Below, piece by piece: positions 9,890 through 21,512 of a stretch of 64,000 bases of DNA (the first letter of the stretch is position 1; every line of letters begins with the position of its first letter). The DNA is from Auanema rhodensis (lineage: Eukaryota > Animalia > Nematoda), in NCBI GenBank assembly GCA_964057225.1, contig OZ059896.1, positions 15,562,001 to 15,626,000 on the forward strand, given 5' to 3'. The notes below the pieces were generated by a model. It ran no database searches and was not told the origin of the DNA. It saw only the letters and a program-made list of their open reading frames with translations. The position numbers and the translations under genes were made by a program.

Positions 9890-10030
9890 AGCTTTGCGCA
9901 GTGGCGATAACGTGACCAATGAGGCTTTGCCGAGGTGCGTTTATTGCTGGTTGAAAACTTTTCCCAAATACCCGCGATATTCCCTGAAACATGGGTGATA
10001 TACGCAATTTTTGAATGCCTGATAAGGCTG
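9890..10030 (+). ncRNA. U4: U4 snRNA (T>A variant)
   Basis: array copy. Confidence 0.93.
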
Positions 10031-10159
10031 ATTAGCATATTATGGAAGATTGTTCCACGTGAAATGACGTCATTTTTCTCATGACGCGTCAATTTTCAAA
10101 ACCAAATTAGAAGGAACGGTTGCACTCCATACATATTCCGAAAAGAAAGGTAAGCATTC

Positions 10160-10278
10160 GCTTACGACCATACCACGTTGAAAGTACGCCATCCCGTTCG
10201 ATCTGGCAAGTCAAGCAACGTTGGGCCCGGTTAGTACTTGGATCGGAGACGGCTTGGGAATCCCGGGTGCCGTAAGCT
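10160..10278 (+). rRNA. 5S: 5S rRNA
   Basis: array copy. Confidence 0.98.
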
Positions 10279-10379
10279 TTTCCTTTTTCTCATATTTTCA
10301 TATAGTTTATCATCTTTAGTTACCTATATGGTATACGGTTAACTAGAAATGCTTTCGTTTTCCGAGAGAACTGTTAGAC

Positions 10380-10520
10380 GGCTTTGCGCAGTGGCGATAA
10401 CGTGACCAATGAGGCTTTGCCGAGGTGCGTTTATTGCTGGTTGAAAACTTTTCCCAATTACCCGCGATATTCCCTGAAACATGGGTGATATACGCAATTT
10501 TTGAATGCCTGATAAGGCTG
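10380..10520 (+). ncRNA. U4: U4 snRNA (+1 A>G variant)
   Basis: array copy. Confidence 0.92.
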
Positions 10521-10596
10521 ATTAGCATATTATGGAAGATTGTTCCACGTGAAATGACGTCATTTTTCTCATGACGCGTCAATTTTCCAAACCAAA

Positions 10597-10663
10597 TGTC
10601 GCGATAAGCGAGTGAGTTTGTATAATTTTTTTATCTTCAACAATTGTTTTATTTGTTTCTCCT

Positions 10664-10701
<38 letters not shown>

Positions 10702-10951
10702 TTCTTCTTTCTTCTAACTTCCTAAGTAATTTTTATCCATACCACATGTTGTGTTATACATGTGGCATGACTAACTCTTTGTTTCAGGCTGACGACCGCC
10801 CACGAGAAGAGATCAGTCTTACATTTTCAACGTTCGCAGTCAGTGATTTTATTCCGTGCTTGTCTTGTTAATTCATCAATAAACCCTTTTCTACATATTC
10901 GCTTTGTGTTTTACTTCCAACCATACTATACACTTGTGGTATAACGCCACA
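10597..10951 (+). repeat. Element B 5' LTR (355 bp, contains (CT)n)
   Basis: Direct repeat of 20001-20355. Confidence 0.97.
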
Positions 10952-10954
10952 AAT

Positions 10955-10966
10955 TGGTGCATCGGC
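10955..10966 (+). promoter_or_regulatory. Primer-binding site, probably tRNA-Gly
   Basis: TGGTGCATCGGC, 3 nt after the LTR. Confidence 0.75.
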
Positions 10967-11229
10967 TAGTTCAGATCTTAGCCGCTTCAAGTCCCGCGTG
11001 GCAGGTGAGATACAGCTCAAACCAAGCGTGTTTGAGCAAAAAACATACTTAATAGAAATCGTGGCAACCATTAGTCCACGTCAAGTCACACCAAAAAGAC
11101 TTGAACCATAAGCAAACTCTGCAGACAGAAACAGAGATTCACTATCACATATACTGTGATCACCAAACAAACAAAAAAAAAAGAGAAAGTAAAAGGAATA
11201 TAAGCGTTATTCCTACATCTACGACAAAA

Positions 11230-14200
11230 ATGTCACTCCTTTTTGTCAATCATATCAAACAGTCTAACCAGTTTCTCGGAGAATTACTTACACGATACGA
11301 GATGGAAGTGAAGGACCTTCCTGGTATTCTGGTAGATTGCGACTTCCACACTGAGGAAGAAGAGGAAACCCTCTCTTGCCTTATCATTCGCTGGACAAAA
11401 GTCCAACACCAATTCAAAGAATCGTTGAAAAATCATCAAGATAACGAGAAAAAATTCCAAAAATTTTACGAAGCATCAGACAAAACGCTTCGTAAAGCAT
11501 TAGACGAACAGTACATCGCCTTCACATCCGATGAAGACTTTGAACCCAACATTAAAAAGGTTCAAAACGCCATTATTGAGCTTGACGAACACATCATGAA
11601 AGCCGAACGCATACTTAGAAAGCTGAGAAAAACGCTTCATAAGAATGAATCTGAGCACAACAGCAATCGCTCAACAGAAAACAATGAAACAGAAAACAAA
11701 TCGAATGATCAATTTCTGGAAATTATCAAGTCATTCCTACACATCCAACAAACTAGTATCCAAAAACCAGCGATGTCGCTACCTACATTTGATGGCAAAC
11801 CAGAGAACTTCAAATCATTCTGGGGCCGTTTTGATAGACTTGTTCATGATAATGAACAGTTTACAACCTTAGAAAAGGTAAACCTACTCTGTGAAAGCCT
11901 CAAAGGCGATTCACAAATAGCAATCAGAGGAATAGAACCCTCTGCTCAAAATTATGAGCTTATGCGTGAAGCATTAGTTTCTGAATTTGGAGACTATTCG
12001 TCGGATATCAACTCTCTTTTGACACAACTACGTAATTTGAAATTTGCAAGCAATAATGCAAAAGCATGCAAAGAAACATTTGGAGAAACCAAGGCACTTA
12101 TCAGGCAAATTGAAGCAGCCGGAGCTACAGTATCCCGCGAAATGTGTACCGCGATGATTCTCAACAAATTCCCATACCACATCGTGGAAGACATTCTAAT
12201 TCATCCAAACAACTACCATTCTACTAAAGAAATGCTGACAGCTGTAGACCACAAAATCTATTCCTTTTTTCTAAAAGAACAAACAAGAAATAGTCATGAA
12301 CAAAAGTTTCGAAATCACAAAGACAATGTCACATCTGTTTCACATAAAGACAGCACTGCAGAACAACGGAAAACCCAAACTTGGCCATGTGTCTTTTGCG
12401 ACTCATCCGAGCATCGTTTTTATCAATGCACCACATTTGAAACACCAGAGAAAAGAAGGTACCGCATTCGCGGAAAGGCCATCTGTTGGATTTGCTTTTC
12501 CGATAAACACAAAAGTTCGGAATGCAGAAAACAAAAATGTCGCAATTGCCAAGGAGATCATAATTCCGCCTTGTGCTCACAAGGAAGAAAAAGTGTACAA
12601 AATATCCAAAAAGATAAAGAAACTCCCACAATTAAAAAAGATCAGGCTTTACTGATCACCACAGAAGAATTATTGAATAAAAAAACAACAGAATATAAAC
12701 AAGAATCTGACACTAATAATCGAATCCCTACTGAGGCACTTAATGCACCAGTATCGCTTAATCACATTGCTGACACACATAATATTGAAGAAAGTCAAGT
12801 AATATTACGAACAGCAATGGCGAACATATACAACCACAATAGTAAAAAATATGAGCAAGTACGCATGCTCATAGATGAAGGATCCATGAGATCTTTTATA
12901 TCCAAGGACCTATCTACAAGATTAGGACTGCCCATTCTTGGTTCTCAGAAGAGAACCTTTTACGGCATTGGAGCATTATCAGAAACACATGAAGTTGAAG
13001 ATGTTAAGGTAATTATTGGAACCTCAACTGGATCCCTTATCGTAACAAAACTGTTCACAAAACCCATGTTAACCACACCTATACGGTGTCCTAAACTATC
13101 TAATGAAGACTTAAAATTCATACAAAGAAGAAAAATTAAATTAGCCAATCCAAAAACAAACGGAGAATCATTTACTCCGGATATACTGATAGGTATGGAT
13201 AGATACAAACTATTCATGCACTTAAACGAAGAAACCGAACTCCCCTCACGTATGAGATTGAAAAACTCGGTATTCGGCCACATGATACATGGGGAAGCTC
13301 CTCTTCCCGATGATAATACACAACAAGAAGTAATATTATGCTCTACATTAGAAGAGATAACAAAAGAAACCTCTCATAAAGAACTCCTCACTAATCTGTT
13401 TGAACTGGATTCTATCGGCATCAATACAGAAAATGCCAACGCAGACCGCACTATTGATTACTATGAAGAATACTCAAAAGATATAAAAATTGAGAACAAC
13501 CGTATTATTGCACCGTTCCCGTTAAAAAATAACTTCAAAAATCTCAAAAACAACAAAATGCCCGCGTACCATAGATTCGTATCCCTATGGCGAAAGTTAC
13601 TGCACAATCCAGAAATGCTCTCACACTATACTACAACCATTGAAAGTTACCTCAAAGATAACATTGTCGAACAAATTCCCAACAATCACCAGGAGCCTTT
13701 AGAGTTTTATATGCCCCACCATGGGGTTTGGAAGCCCAGCAAGGCTAACCCTCTCAGAATCGTTTTTGACGCCTCCGCTAAACAGAAGGATAGCCCATCG
13801 TTGAATGAGATAATACACACAGGACGATCATTTATCACATATATACACGACATCATGATCTCCTGCAGAACAAGACCAATAATAATAACATGCGATATTA
13901 AAGCCGCATTTCTACAAGTACAATTGACAGAAAATCACAAGAATTTATGCAAATTCTTTTGGATAAAAAACAAAGAATACCCAATATCACACAATAATAT
14001 CATAACCCTTCGATTCAACAGATTACCATTCGGTATCACTGCATCCCCCAGCGTATTGAACATGGGCATAAAATGGTTCTTAGAATCAAAAGTAGACAAC
14101 CCATTAGCTATGGAAATCCTGCACAACTTATACGTCGACAATATCATTCTTACAGCAAATACAACCGAAGAAGCTATAAAGAAATGTAAAGAAACCCAAA

Positions 14201-17200
14201 CACTATTCTCAGAAATAAACATGCATGTTCGCGAATTCTTGTCAAACGATGAACAAGTAATACAGAACCTTCCTGAAGAAGACAGATATCCGAACATGAC
14301 AACCAAAATACTTGGCATATCTTTTAATAAAGAACACGACTCCTTCATTATCCCAATAAAAATAACAAAGACTCACACAAGTTACACCAAGAGAATTCTA
14401 CTCAGTCAGTTACATTCAATATTTGATCCCATTGGATTATCAGCACCAATACTGTTACCCCTCAAACTTATCTTGCGAGAAATCATTAGCACAAAATTAT
14501 CATGGGACCAACCCATTGACTCAAACAGTATCAAGCAATGGGAACAACATATTACTCAGATTAACAATAAGCAATTAACCATGAACAGATATTTTAAGTT
14601 TTCTGAACATGAAACACAGTTATGGGTCTTCGCTGACGCAAGCAACCAAGCAATGGCCGCTTGTTCATATTTCCAAACAAATGGGAAGATTAGTTCTCTG
14701 CTAAACGGGAAATCACGCATAGCACCCAAAAATAAAACTACAATTCCACGATTAGAGTTACTAGCCATTCGTTTAGCTGTACGAATGGCATTATCTATCG
14801 TCACCATATGTCCGAAAATAGCGAAAGTTAACATTGTGAGCGATAGCAACATCGCACTATCATGGATTGTCTCACAAAAATCTCTCCCACTGTTCATTAA
14901 TAATCAAACAAATACTATAAAGAAACAGCTCAAGCAAATCGAACAAATATGTTGCAATATAGAACTATATCACGTACAAACCTCGTTCAACACAGCAGAC
15001 ATCGGATCTCGAGGTGCAGACATGGAAAAACTACAAGTTTCCGACTGGATTGAAGGCCCACATTGGTTAACTAAACTTTCCGTGCATAACCCTCTGACAT
15101 CACTCGGCTCACCTAACAACTCGAGCAGGAATAACGCAGAATTAAAATCGGAGCATCACAATGTTGTCCACATAATCATAGACAATCCTCCAACCCATGA
15201 TATTTGGAACATTCGTGAAAACTATGATGACGTAATCAAAACAATGACAACCGTAGGAAAATTATTCAAGAAATGGTTTTTCACAGTCCATCCTAACGAC
15301 GCCAACAAGTTGCAAAAAATAAAACATCTCACATCAACAGACACGCACACTGTTGAAGACATCAACATTATTGAAAAAATTTTGATCAGTAACAGTCAAT
15401 CTAATATGAGCCTTGATGACTTACAGCAAAGACATATAAATCTAAAATTCTTCAAAGATACATGGGATATTTATCGCGTAAGAAGCCGTTTACAAAATAC
15501 TCTTCTTCCCGAAGAGACGAAAAACCCTATATTCCTTCTTAAAACAAACCCCATAGTTAAAAAACTGATCAACAAAATACACAAAGACAATAATCATCAA
15601 GGCAAACATTTCACGCTTATTCAACTCAGACAAAAGTTCTATATACCAAAAATAACCGGAGTCATTAAGCAAACATTGAAAAACTGTGTGACATGTAAAA
15701 GATTTCAATCACACCCTTATGAATTACCAGATATGCCATCGCTACCAAAAGATAGAACGATTCTTACAAGAGCATTCTTTTCAACAGGGTGTGATCTTAT
15801 GGGCCCCTTCACCCTTCGAAATGGGTCTAAAGTCCATATCTGTCTGTTTACATGCATGACAACTAGAGCAATTCACTTAGAGGTAGTCACCAATCAATCC
15901 ACAGTTGCTTTTATGAATGCATTCACTAGATTTATATCACGCAGAGGTACTCCAGAAATTATGCGTAGTGACTGCGCAGGAAACTTTATATTGAGCTCAA
16001 AAATATTAGAAACCCTTGAAAAAACATCGGATTACAACGAAAGAAGCTTACTAAACACACTAGCACAACAAAAAATTAAATGGATATACAACACTCCATT
16101 ATCACCCTGGAAAGGTGGATGTTGGGAACGTTTAGTAGGTGTAACCAAAGCTTCACTCAAAAAATGTTTCATTCCTAGTCGAATGTCCCTGGATGACTTA
16201 CACACAGCCATTGTAAAAATAGAAGCTATAATTAATACACGCCCACTCACCCATCCACACCCAGATAATTTAGATACTCTACCCATAAGGCCAATTGACT
16301 TTTTAACATCAGCCATAAAGTTTTCATTACCTGAAAACAACGCGGATACTCATATATTTGATATCCATAGCGATATTCAAACGATTCAATCAACAGAGCA
16401 AGCGCTAGAAGCGCTTCAATTATCAGAAGACTCAGCATCTAAATTTTGGAAACGATTTCAAGAAGAATATCTAACAAGCTTAAAAGATATATTTAAACAT
16501 AAACACCATAGAAAGAATCACACAAACATCTTCCCCCAACCAGATGAAATAGTATTGATACAAAACGACATGTTGCCACGAGGAACATGGAAACTAGGTC
16601 GCATCATTGAAACAATCACTAGTTCAGATGGCAACATACGTTCAGCAAAAGTCGCAACAAGCAATGGAAACATAATTATTCGATCCATTAATCAGCTCTA
16701 TCCACTAGAGATAAGATGCAACACTAACAGTAACAAAATCATAGAAGACAACTCACACATAGTTCAAGAAAATAATAGCTCAACAGATAGAACCCCACAT
16801 ACTGATACCGTATTAGACAACATACACTCCGATCATCCTATAGAACATACAGATGAAACAATACATGAGAACAATAACATAAATGATAGCAACCATAATT
16901 ACGATATTGCATATGAATCAGATAACTCTCAACATGATAATACATACACTCCAGAAACAGAGAATAATGAGGATGCAACAAACGATCGACCTCAAAATAA
17001 AACAAAACTATCATCAGTGAAAACAGCAAAATATACAGAACAAGATGAGGTCACTGAGAAGGAAAATATAAAAGCCTTCCCACTAAAAATGTCCTATGCC
17101 ACACACCAAAGAAAAAATAAAATAAACCCAAAAATAGCAGCTGACATAATGAAAGCCCTTTCATTACCGATTATAATTACTTCGACATATGCCGAAGAAA

Positions 17201-19161
17201 TCAATAGTTGCAAGGACTCTAACATGTTCACCACAAAACTTATAGCGAATCCTCATTGCTCCCCAGAAATGGCAACATGGACAGTGATAATAACCATTAT
17301 GGCAGTTACCCTCATAGTCTCTTGTCTATGCCGCATGGGTTACAGCCAATATAGATATAAGACATGGTCCAAAAACACTCAAACCATGCTCAACATCATG
17401 AAATTAAAACATAAAACAATCTCCGAACAAGAAGATCACGAAACTGATCAAAAAATAACAGAAGACCACAATGATACGTTGCAATTAAAACAAACGAACA
17501 CACAAGACGCTAATATTGTGGATCATGAAACCTTTCAAAAGCATATTTACCCTATTTTAAACCATACGAGAAAGCCACCAAAATTCTCTCTCTTTACTAG
17601 AGGGTCGCAAACATCTTTACCATCGTTACTGGCAATCATCTTGGCTTTATGTATTGGAAGCTGCAGTTCATGTTCCGATGTTCATGTTCAACACTTCGTT
17701 AACATACGATGCGATGACAACTTAGCTTGTTATCACGAATACAGTCAAGATATCATATTTTCTCCCGGAACAAAACAATTATGCATTACCATAACGCATT
17801 CTAATCATGAAATTGGTCAATTTAAAATAACTAAACTATATACTGAACATGTCTGCCAGAAGAATACTAGATACTTCACTAGACAGACAACCGTCAACAT
17901 ATTGAGCATATTACGATGCCGTCACCGGGGCTCGTGTGACGGAACATGTGAAACTAACTCGCTCCATAATAAAATCGAGGAACTACAACCATATACGTTC
18001 CCTTCACAATCAGGTTGTTTCACATCGTCAGCGAGATTTTACACATGTCCTATGATTTGGACAGATCCGTGTCTTTTCTACAAAATAGAGCATATACCCG
18101 TCACTGAGGAAGTATACGAAGTCTATACTTGTGATAGTTGGTCCACCCAAACCGTATTTAATATAGAAACAACATTACTCCAGCAGAAAAATAATTACAA
18201 TATCACTCTACAACCTTACACGAAAAATCGTGAACAACTTTTCAATATAACAACGTTATCACAATCACAACCTCCTCCCGAAATGTACACAAAATTATTT
18301 TTTTCCTCCAAAGAAAACACGTACATTACGGATATACACACAAAGGGAATAATTCAATGTGCAACAGAGGAAGCCGCATTAAAACATTTTAATAACTGTA
18401 CAGTATCCTCATTCTGCCCTTGCACATTCAATAGATTTGATGAAATAAAATGTAGGTGTGATACCCCTACTTTTGAAAAAATGTCCAATACATCAGACAT
18501 AACATCTCCTAACCAAAACTTTAAAACTAAAGATAACACGTTATCATTCTCTACGAATTTAGACGAAAATTTAGTTACGGTCGATTCATCCCTATTCTTA
18601 AACTCAGTGATTTTCTCCAACAATTTGCCTTGCGCACCTGCCCTGACAAAACTATCAGGTTGCTACTCCTGCGGGCAGGGTGCATTCGCAGAATTCCAAT
18701 GCCTTACGGCAGAAGAAACATGGATTTCTATCGAATGTCAAAAAGAAGTATTCATGATAAAATGCTCTCCAAAAGTAGCAATCACAAAAGTAACAATGAA
18801 AAGAGAAAATTCTCAGATTGATGAATTATGCTATACCACATGCGACAATAAAAAAATTAAGATCATTATTAAAGGAATATTACATCACATAGCAAGCATA
18901 GATGAAATAAACGAAAGTGACTCAAGTAAGGGTACAGAATCCAAATCCATTGACTTTGCCCCAATCTTCAAGTTAATTTTATCAAAGTTGGGAATCATAT
19001 TGATAGGCGTTGCAATAACCGCCACCATAGGATATGTGGCATGTACACCCATCATGTACTGTGTAGTTTTGAATACAGTCTTAACCACACAATGGATAGC
19101 TACCAGGATATTCACACTGTGGATAAAATCAAAAGCCTTATTTCTGGATCAAAGATTTTAA
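11230..19161 (+). CDS. BEL/Pao Gag-PR-RT-RNaseH-IN-Env polyprotein
   Basis: Gag LPTFDG...FW; three CCHC knuckles; protease LIDEGS; RT YVDN; RNase H FADAS; integrase HHCC, DLMGP, SD, WERLV; Cys-rich phlebovirus Gc-like env (RCRHRGSC, GCYSCGQGA) with C-terminal TM. First ATG 11230; ORF track starts at 11101. Confidence 0.95.
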   Translation: MSLLFVNHIKQSNQFLGELLTRYEMEVKDLPGILVDCDFHTEEEEETLSCLIIRWTKVQHQFKESLKNHQDNEKKFQKFYEASDKTLRKALDEQYIAFTSDEDFEPNIKKVQNAIIELDEHIMKAERILRKLRKTLHKNESEHNSNRSTENNETENKSNDQFLEIIKSFLHIQQTSIQKPAMSLPTFDGKPENFKSFWGRFDRLVHDNEQFTTLEKVNLLCESLKGDSQIAIRGIEPSAQNYELMREALVSEFGDYSSDINSLLTQLRNLKFASNNAKACKETFGETKALIRQIEAAGATVSREMCTAMILNKFPYHIVEDILIHPNNYHSTKEMLTAVDHKIYSFFLKEQTRNSHEQKFRNHKDNVTSVSHKDSTAEQRKTQTWPCVFCDSSEHRFYQCTTFETPEKRRYRIRGKAICWICFSDKHKSSECRKQKCRNCQGDHNSALCSQGRKSVQNIQKDKETPTIKKDQALLITTEELLNKKTTEYKQESDTNNRIPTEALNAPVSLNHIADTHNIEESQVILRTAMANIYNHNSKKYEQVRMLIDEGSMRSFISKDLSTRLGLPILGSQKRTFYGIGALSETHEVEDVKVIIGTSTGSLIVTKLFTKPMLTTPIRCPKLSNEDLKFIQRRKIKLANPKTNGESFTPDILIGMDRYKLFMHLNEETELPSRMRLKNSVFGHMIHGEAPLPDDNTQQEVILCSTLEEITKETSHKELLTNLFELDSIGINTENANADRTIDYYEEYSKDIKIENNRIIAPFPLKNNFKNLKNNKMPAYHRFVSLWRKLLHNPEMLSHYTTTIESYLKDNIVEQIPNNHQEPLEFYMPHHGVWKPSKANPLRIVFDASAKQKDSPSLNEIIHTGRSFITYIHDIMISCRTRPIIITCDIKAAFLQVQLTENHKNLCKFFWIKNKEYPISHNNIITLRFNRLPFGITASPSVLNMGIKWFLESKVDNPLAMEILHNLYVDNIILTANTTEEAIKKCKETQTLFSEINMHVREFLSNDEQVIQNLPEEDRYPNMTTKILGISFNKEHDSFIIPIKITKTHTSYTKRILLSQLHSIFDPIGLSAPILLPLKLILREIISTKLSWDQPIDSNSIKQWEQHITQINNKQLTMNRYFKFSEHETQLWVFADASNQAMAACSYFQTNGKISSLLNGKSRIAPKNKTTIPRLELLAIRLAVRMALSIVTICPKIAKVNIVSDSNIALSWIVSQKSLPLFINNQTNTIKKQLKQIEQICCNIELYHVQTSFNTADIGSRGADMEKLQVSDWIEGPHWLTKLSVHNPLTSLGSPNNSSRNNAELKSEHHNVVHIIIDNPPTHDIWNIRENYDDVIKTMTTVGKLFKKWFFTVHPNDANKLQKIKHLTSTDTHTVEDINIIEKILISNSQSNMSLDDLQQRHINLKFFKDTWDIYRVRSRLQNTLLPEETKNPIFLLKTNPIVKKLINKIHKDNNHQGKHFTLIQLRQKFYIPKITGVIKQTLKNCVTCKRFQSHPYELPDMPSLPKDRTILTRAFFSTGCDLMGPFTLRNGSKVHICLFTCMTTRAIHLEVVTNQSTVAFMNAFTRFISRRGTPEIMRSDCAGNFILSSKILETLEKTSDYNERSLLNTLAQQKIKWIYNTPLSPWKGGCWERLVGVTKASLKKCFIPSRMSLDDLHTAIVKIEAIINTRPLTHPHPDNLDTLPIRPIDFLTSAIKFSLPENNADTHIFDIHSDIQTIQSTEQALEALQLSEDSASKFWKRFQEEYLTSLKDIFKHKHHRKNHTNIFPQPDEIVLIQNDMLPRGTWKLGRIIETITSSDGNIRSAKVATSNGNIIIRSINQLYPLEIRCNTNSNKIIEDNSHIVQENNSSTDRTPHTDTVLDNIHSDHPIEHTDETIHENNNINDSNHNYDIAYESDNSQHDNTYTPETENNEDATNDRPQNKTKLSSVKTAKYTEQDEVTEKENIKAFPLKMSYATHQRKNKINPKIAADIMKALSLPIIITSTYAEEINSCKDSNMFTTKLIANPHCSPEMATWTVIITIMAVTLIVSCLCRMGYSQYRYKTWSKNTQTMLNIMKLKHKTISEQEDHETDQKITEDHNDTLQLKQTNTQDANIVDHETFQKHIYPILNHTRKPPKFSLFTRGSQTSLPSLLAIILALCIGSCSSCSDVHVQHFVNIRCDDNLACYHEYSQDIIFSPGTKQLCITITHSNHEIGQFKITKLYTEHVCQKNTRYFTRQTTVNILSILRCRHRGSCDGTCETNSLHNKIEELQPYTFPSQSGCFTSSARFYTCPMIWTDPCLFYKIEHIPVTEEVYEVYTCDSWSTQTVFNIETTLLQQKNNYNITLQPYTKNREQLFNITTLSQSQPPPEMYTKLFFSSKENTYITDIHTKGIIQCATEEAALKHFNNCTVSSFCPCTFNRFDEIKCRCDTPTFEKMSNTSDITSPNQNFKTKDNTLSFSTNLDENLVTVDSSLFLNSVIFSNNLPCAPALTKLSGCYSCGQGAFAEFQCLTAEETWISIECQKEVFMIKCSPKVAITKVTMKRENSQIDELCYTTCDNKKIKIIIKGILHHIASIDEINESDSSKGTESKSIDFAPIFKLILSKLGIILIGVAITATIGYVACTPIMYCVVLNTVLTTQWIATRIFTLWIKSKALFLDQRF

Positions 19162-19457
19162 AAGCATAAGAGAAGAATTTCTTGTGGAGATAAAATTAAA
19201 AATTAAAAATTGAAATAATAATGAAACAAAAGAAAAAGAAAGCATTATGTACGAATATAACCATTGTAATAAAACAATATCATAGTTTTTCTTTCTTTTC
19301 AATTTATGGTAGTATCAAGTTTCTTCTATCCAACTCAGTTACATAACACATAACCTTTTGTACAGGCTCTAAAATTCATTGTATCTGTAACAAGATAACC
19401 TAAACACACCATTGTACAATGAACCAATAGATGATAATCAGCGTTTAAAGTCCAGAT

Positions 19458-19970
19458 GTGAACATGTATATAAGGATGCAGCTCATGTCTTTCCTATATT
19501 CCATGAAAATGGAAGATAGTGTCTCGAATATAATTGAGAATGCTTCCTTTGAGGAAGAGCTCAAAAAATATTCCCATCTACCTAACACTGCTGCCAATCT
19601 GAGGCAACTAATTGTGCTTGAAAAGAGGCTCTACGAGCACCTAGCTAGCGCGGTGAACCATCTATCCGAACGACTGGACAATATTCAACATTCGTTAAAT
19701 CTGAAACTAGACAATTTGACCATTCAGACTGCTCCTAAAGCTTCATGTGTATTCTGCAATAAACCGACAGCTGATGGGCACCGTACTGCGGCCTGTCCGA
19801 TTTATCCTTCCTCACCGGAACGCACTCTCCGTCTTCATGAACTGGGGTTATGCATCAGATGTTTGAATCAAAAACATCCAGCGATATGCGAGGTATCCTG
19901 CTATAGATGTAAGGCGGATACGCATCATGGAGTGGTTTGTGGAGATATAAAACGTAAAAGACCTTTGTAG
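19458..19970 (+). CDS. Accessory triple zinc-knuckle ORF of element B (likely a spliced exon)
   Basis: Coiled-coil-like segment, then CVFC..H..C, CIRC..H..C, CYRC..H..C and KRKRP. Confidence 0.75.
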   Translation: MNMYIRMQLMSFLYSMKMEDSVSNIIENASFEEELKKYSHLPNTAANLRQLIVLEKRLYEHLASAVNHLSERLDNIQHSLNLKLDNLTIQTAPKASCVFCNKPTADGHRTAACPIYPSSPERTLRLHELGLCIRCLNQKHPAICEVSCYRCKADTHHGVVCGDIKRKRPL

Positions 19971-20000
19971 GCCTTCTTCTCATTCCCGCATTGCCGGGAG

Positions 20001-20067
20001 TGTCGCGATAAGCGAGTGAGTTTGTATAATTTTTTTATCTTCAACAATTGTTTTATTTGTTTCTCCT

Positions 20068-20105
<38 letters not shown>

Positions 20106-20355
20106 TTCTTCTTTCTTCTAACTTCCTAAGTAATTTTTATCCATACCACATGTTGTGTTATACATGTGGCATGACTAACTCTTTGTTTCAGGCTGACGAC
20201 CGCCCACGAGAAGAGATCAGTCTTACATATTCAACGTTCGCAGTCAGTGATTTTATTCCGTGCTTGTCTTGTTAATTCATCAATAAACCCTTTTCTACAT
20301 ATTCGCTTTGTGTTTTACTTCCAACCATACTATACACTTGTGGTATAACGCCACA
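20001..20355 (+). repeat. Element B 3' LTR
   Basis: Direct repeat; preceded by GCCGGGAG. Confidence 0.97.
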
Positions 20356-20413
20356 CCAAATTAGAAGGAACGGTTGCACTCCATACATATTCCGAAAAGA
20401 AAGGTAAGCATTC

Positions 20414-20532
20414 GCTTACGACCATACCACGTTGAAAGTACGCCATCCCGTCCGATCTGGCAAGTCAAGCAACGTTGGGCCCGGTTAGTACTTGGATCGG
20501 AGACGGCTTGGGAATCCCGGGTGCCGTAAGCT
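20414..20532 (+). rRNA. 5S: 5S rRNA (C39 type)
   Basis: array copy. Confidence 0.98.
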
Positions 20533-20633
20533 TTTCCTTTTTCTCATATTTTCATATAGTTTATCATCTTTAGTTACCTATATGGTATACGGTTAACTAG
20601 AAATGCTTTCGTTTTCCGAGAGAACTGTTAGAC

Positions 20634-20774
20634 AGCTTTGCGCAGTGGCGATAACGTGACCAATGAGGCTTTGCCGAGGTGCGTTTATTGCTGGTTGAAA
20701 ACTTTTCCCAATTACCCGCGATATTCCCTGAAACATGGGTGATATACGCAATTTTTGAATGCCTGATAAGGCTG
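20634..20774 (+). ncRNA. U4: U4 snRNA
   Basis: array copy. Confidence 0.95.
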
Positions 20775-20903
20775 ATTAGCATATTATGGAAGATTGTTTC
20801 ACGTGAAATGACGTCATTTTTCTCATGACGCGTCAATTTTCCAAACCAAATTAGAAGGAACGGTTGCACTTCATACATATTCCGAAAAGAAAGGTAAGCA
20901 TTC

Positions 20904-21022
20904 GCTTACGACCATACCACGTTGAAAGTACGCCATCCCGTTCGATCTGGCAAGTCAAGCAACGTTGGGCCCGGTTAGTACTTGGATCGGAGACGGCTTG
21001 GGAATCCCGGGTGCCGTAAGCT
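20904..21022 (+). rRNA. 5S: 5S rRNA
   Basis: array copy. Confidence 0.98.
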
Positions 21023-21123
21023 TTTCCTTTTTCTCATATTTTCATATAGTTTATCATCTTTAGTTACCTATATGGTATACGGTTAACTAGAAATGCTTTC
21101 GTTTTCCGAGACAACTGTTAGAC

Positions 21124-21264
21124 AGCTTTGCGCAGTGGCGATAACGTGACCAATGAGGCTTTGCCGAGGTGCGTTTATTGCTGGTTGAAAACTTTTCCCA
21201 ATTACCCGCGATATTCCCTGAAACATGGGTGATATACGCAATTTTTGAATGCCTGATAAGGCTG
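21124..21264 (+). ncRNA. U4: U4 snRNA
   Basis: array copy. Confidence 0.95.
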
Positions 21265-21393
21265 ATTAGCATATTATGGAAGATTGTTCCACGTGAAATG
21301 ACGTCATTTTTCTCATGACGCGTCAATTTTCCAAACCAAATTAGAAGGAACGGTTGCACTCCATACATATTCCGAAAAGAAAGGTAAGCATTC

Positions 21394-21512
21394 GCTTACG
21401 ACCATACCACGTTGAAAGTACGCCATCCCGTTCGATCTGGCAAGTCAAGCAACGTTGGGCCCGGTTAGTACTTGGATCGGAGACGGCTTGGGAATCCCGG
21501 GTGCCGTAAGCT
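21394..21512 (+). rRNA. 5S: 5S rRNA
   Basis: array copy. Confidence 0.98.

Larger units (their letters stand above)
9081..10596 (+). repeat. U4-5S array, block 2 (3 5S, 3 U4)
   Basis: 490-bp period. Confidence 0.98.
10597..20355 (+). mobile_element. Element B: full-length BEL/Pao LTR retrotransposon (belpaovirus) with env
   Basis: TG...CA termini, 5-bp TSD CCAAA (10592-10596 / 20356-20360), two 355-bp LTRs differing at one site seen, uninterrupted gag-pol-env ORF. Confidence 0.97.

Noticed and set aside
10644-10871. 75-aa ORFs in element B LTRs and other SLSL/ERER ORFs
   Set aside because: Translation of (CT)n/(GA)n microsatellites
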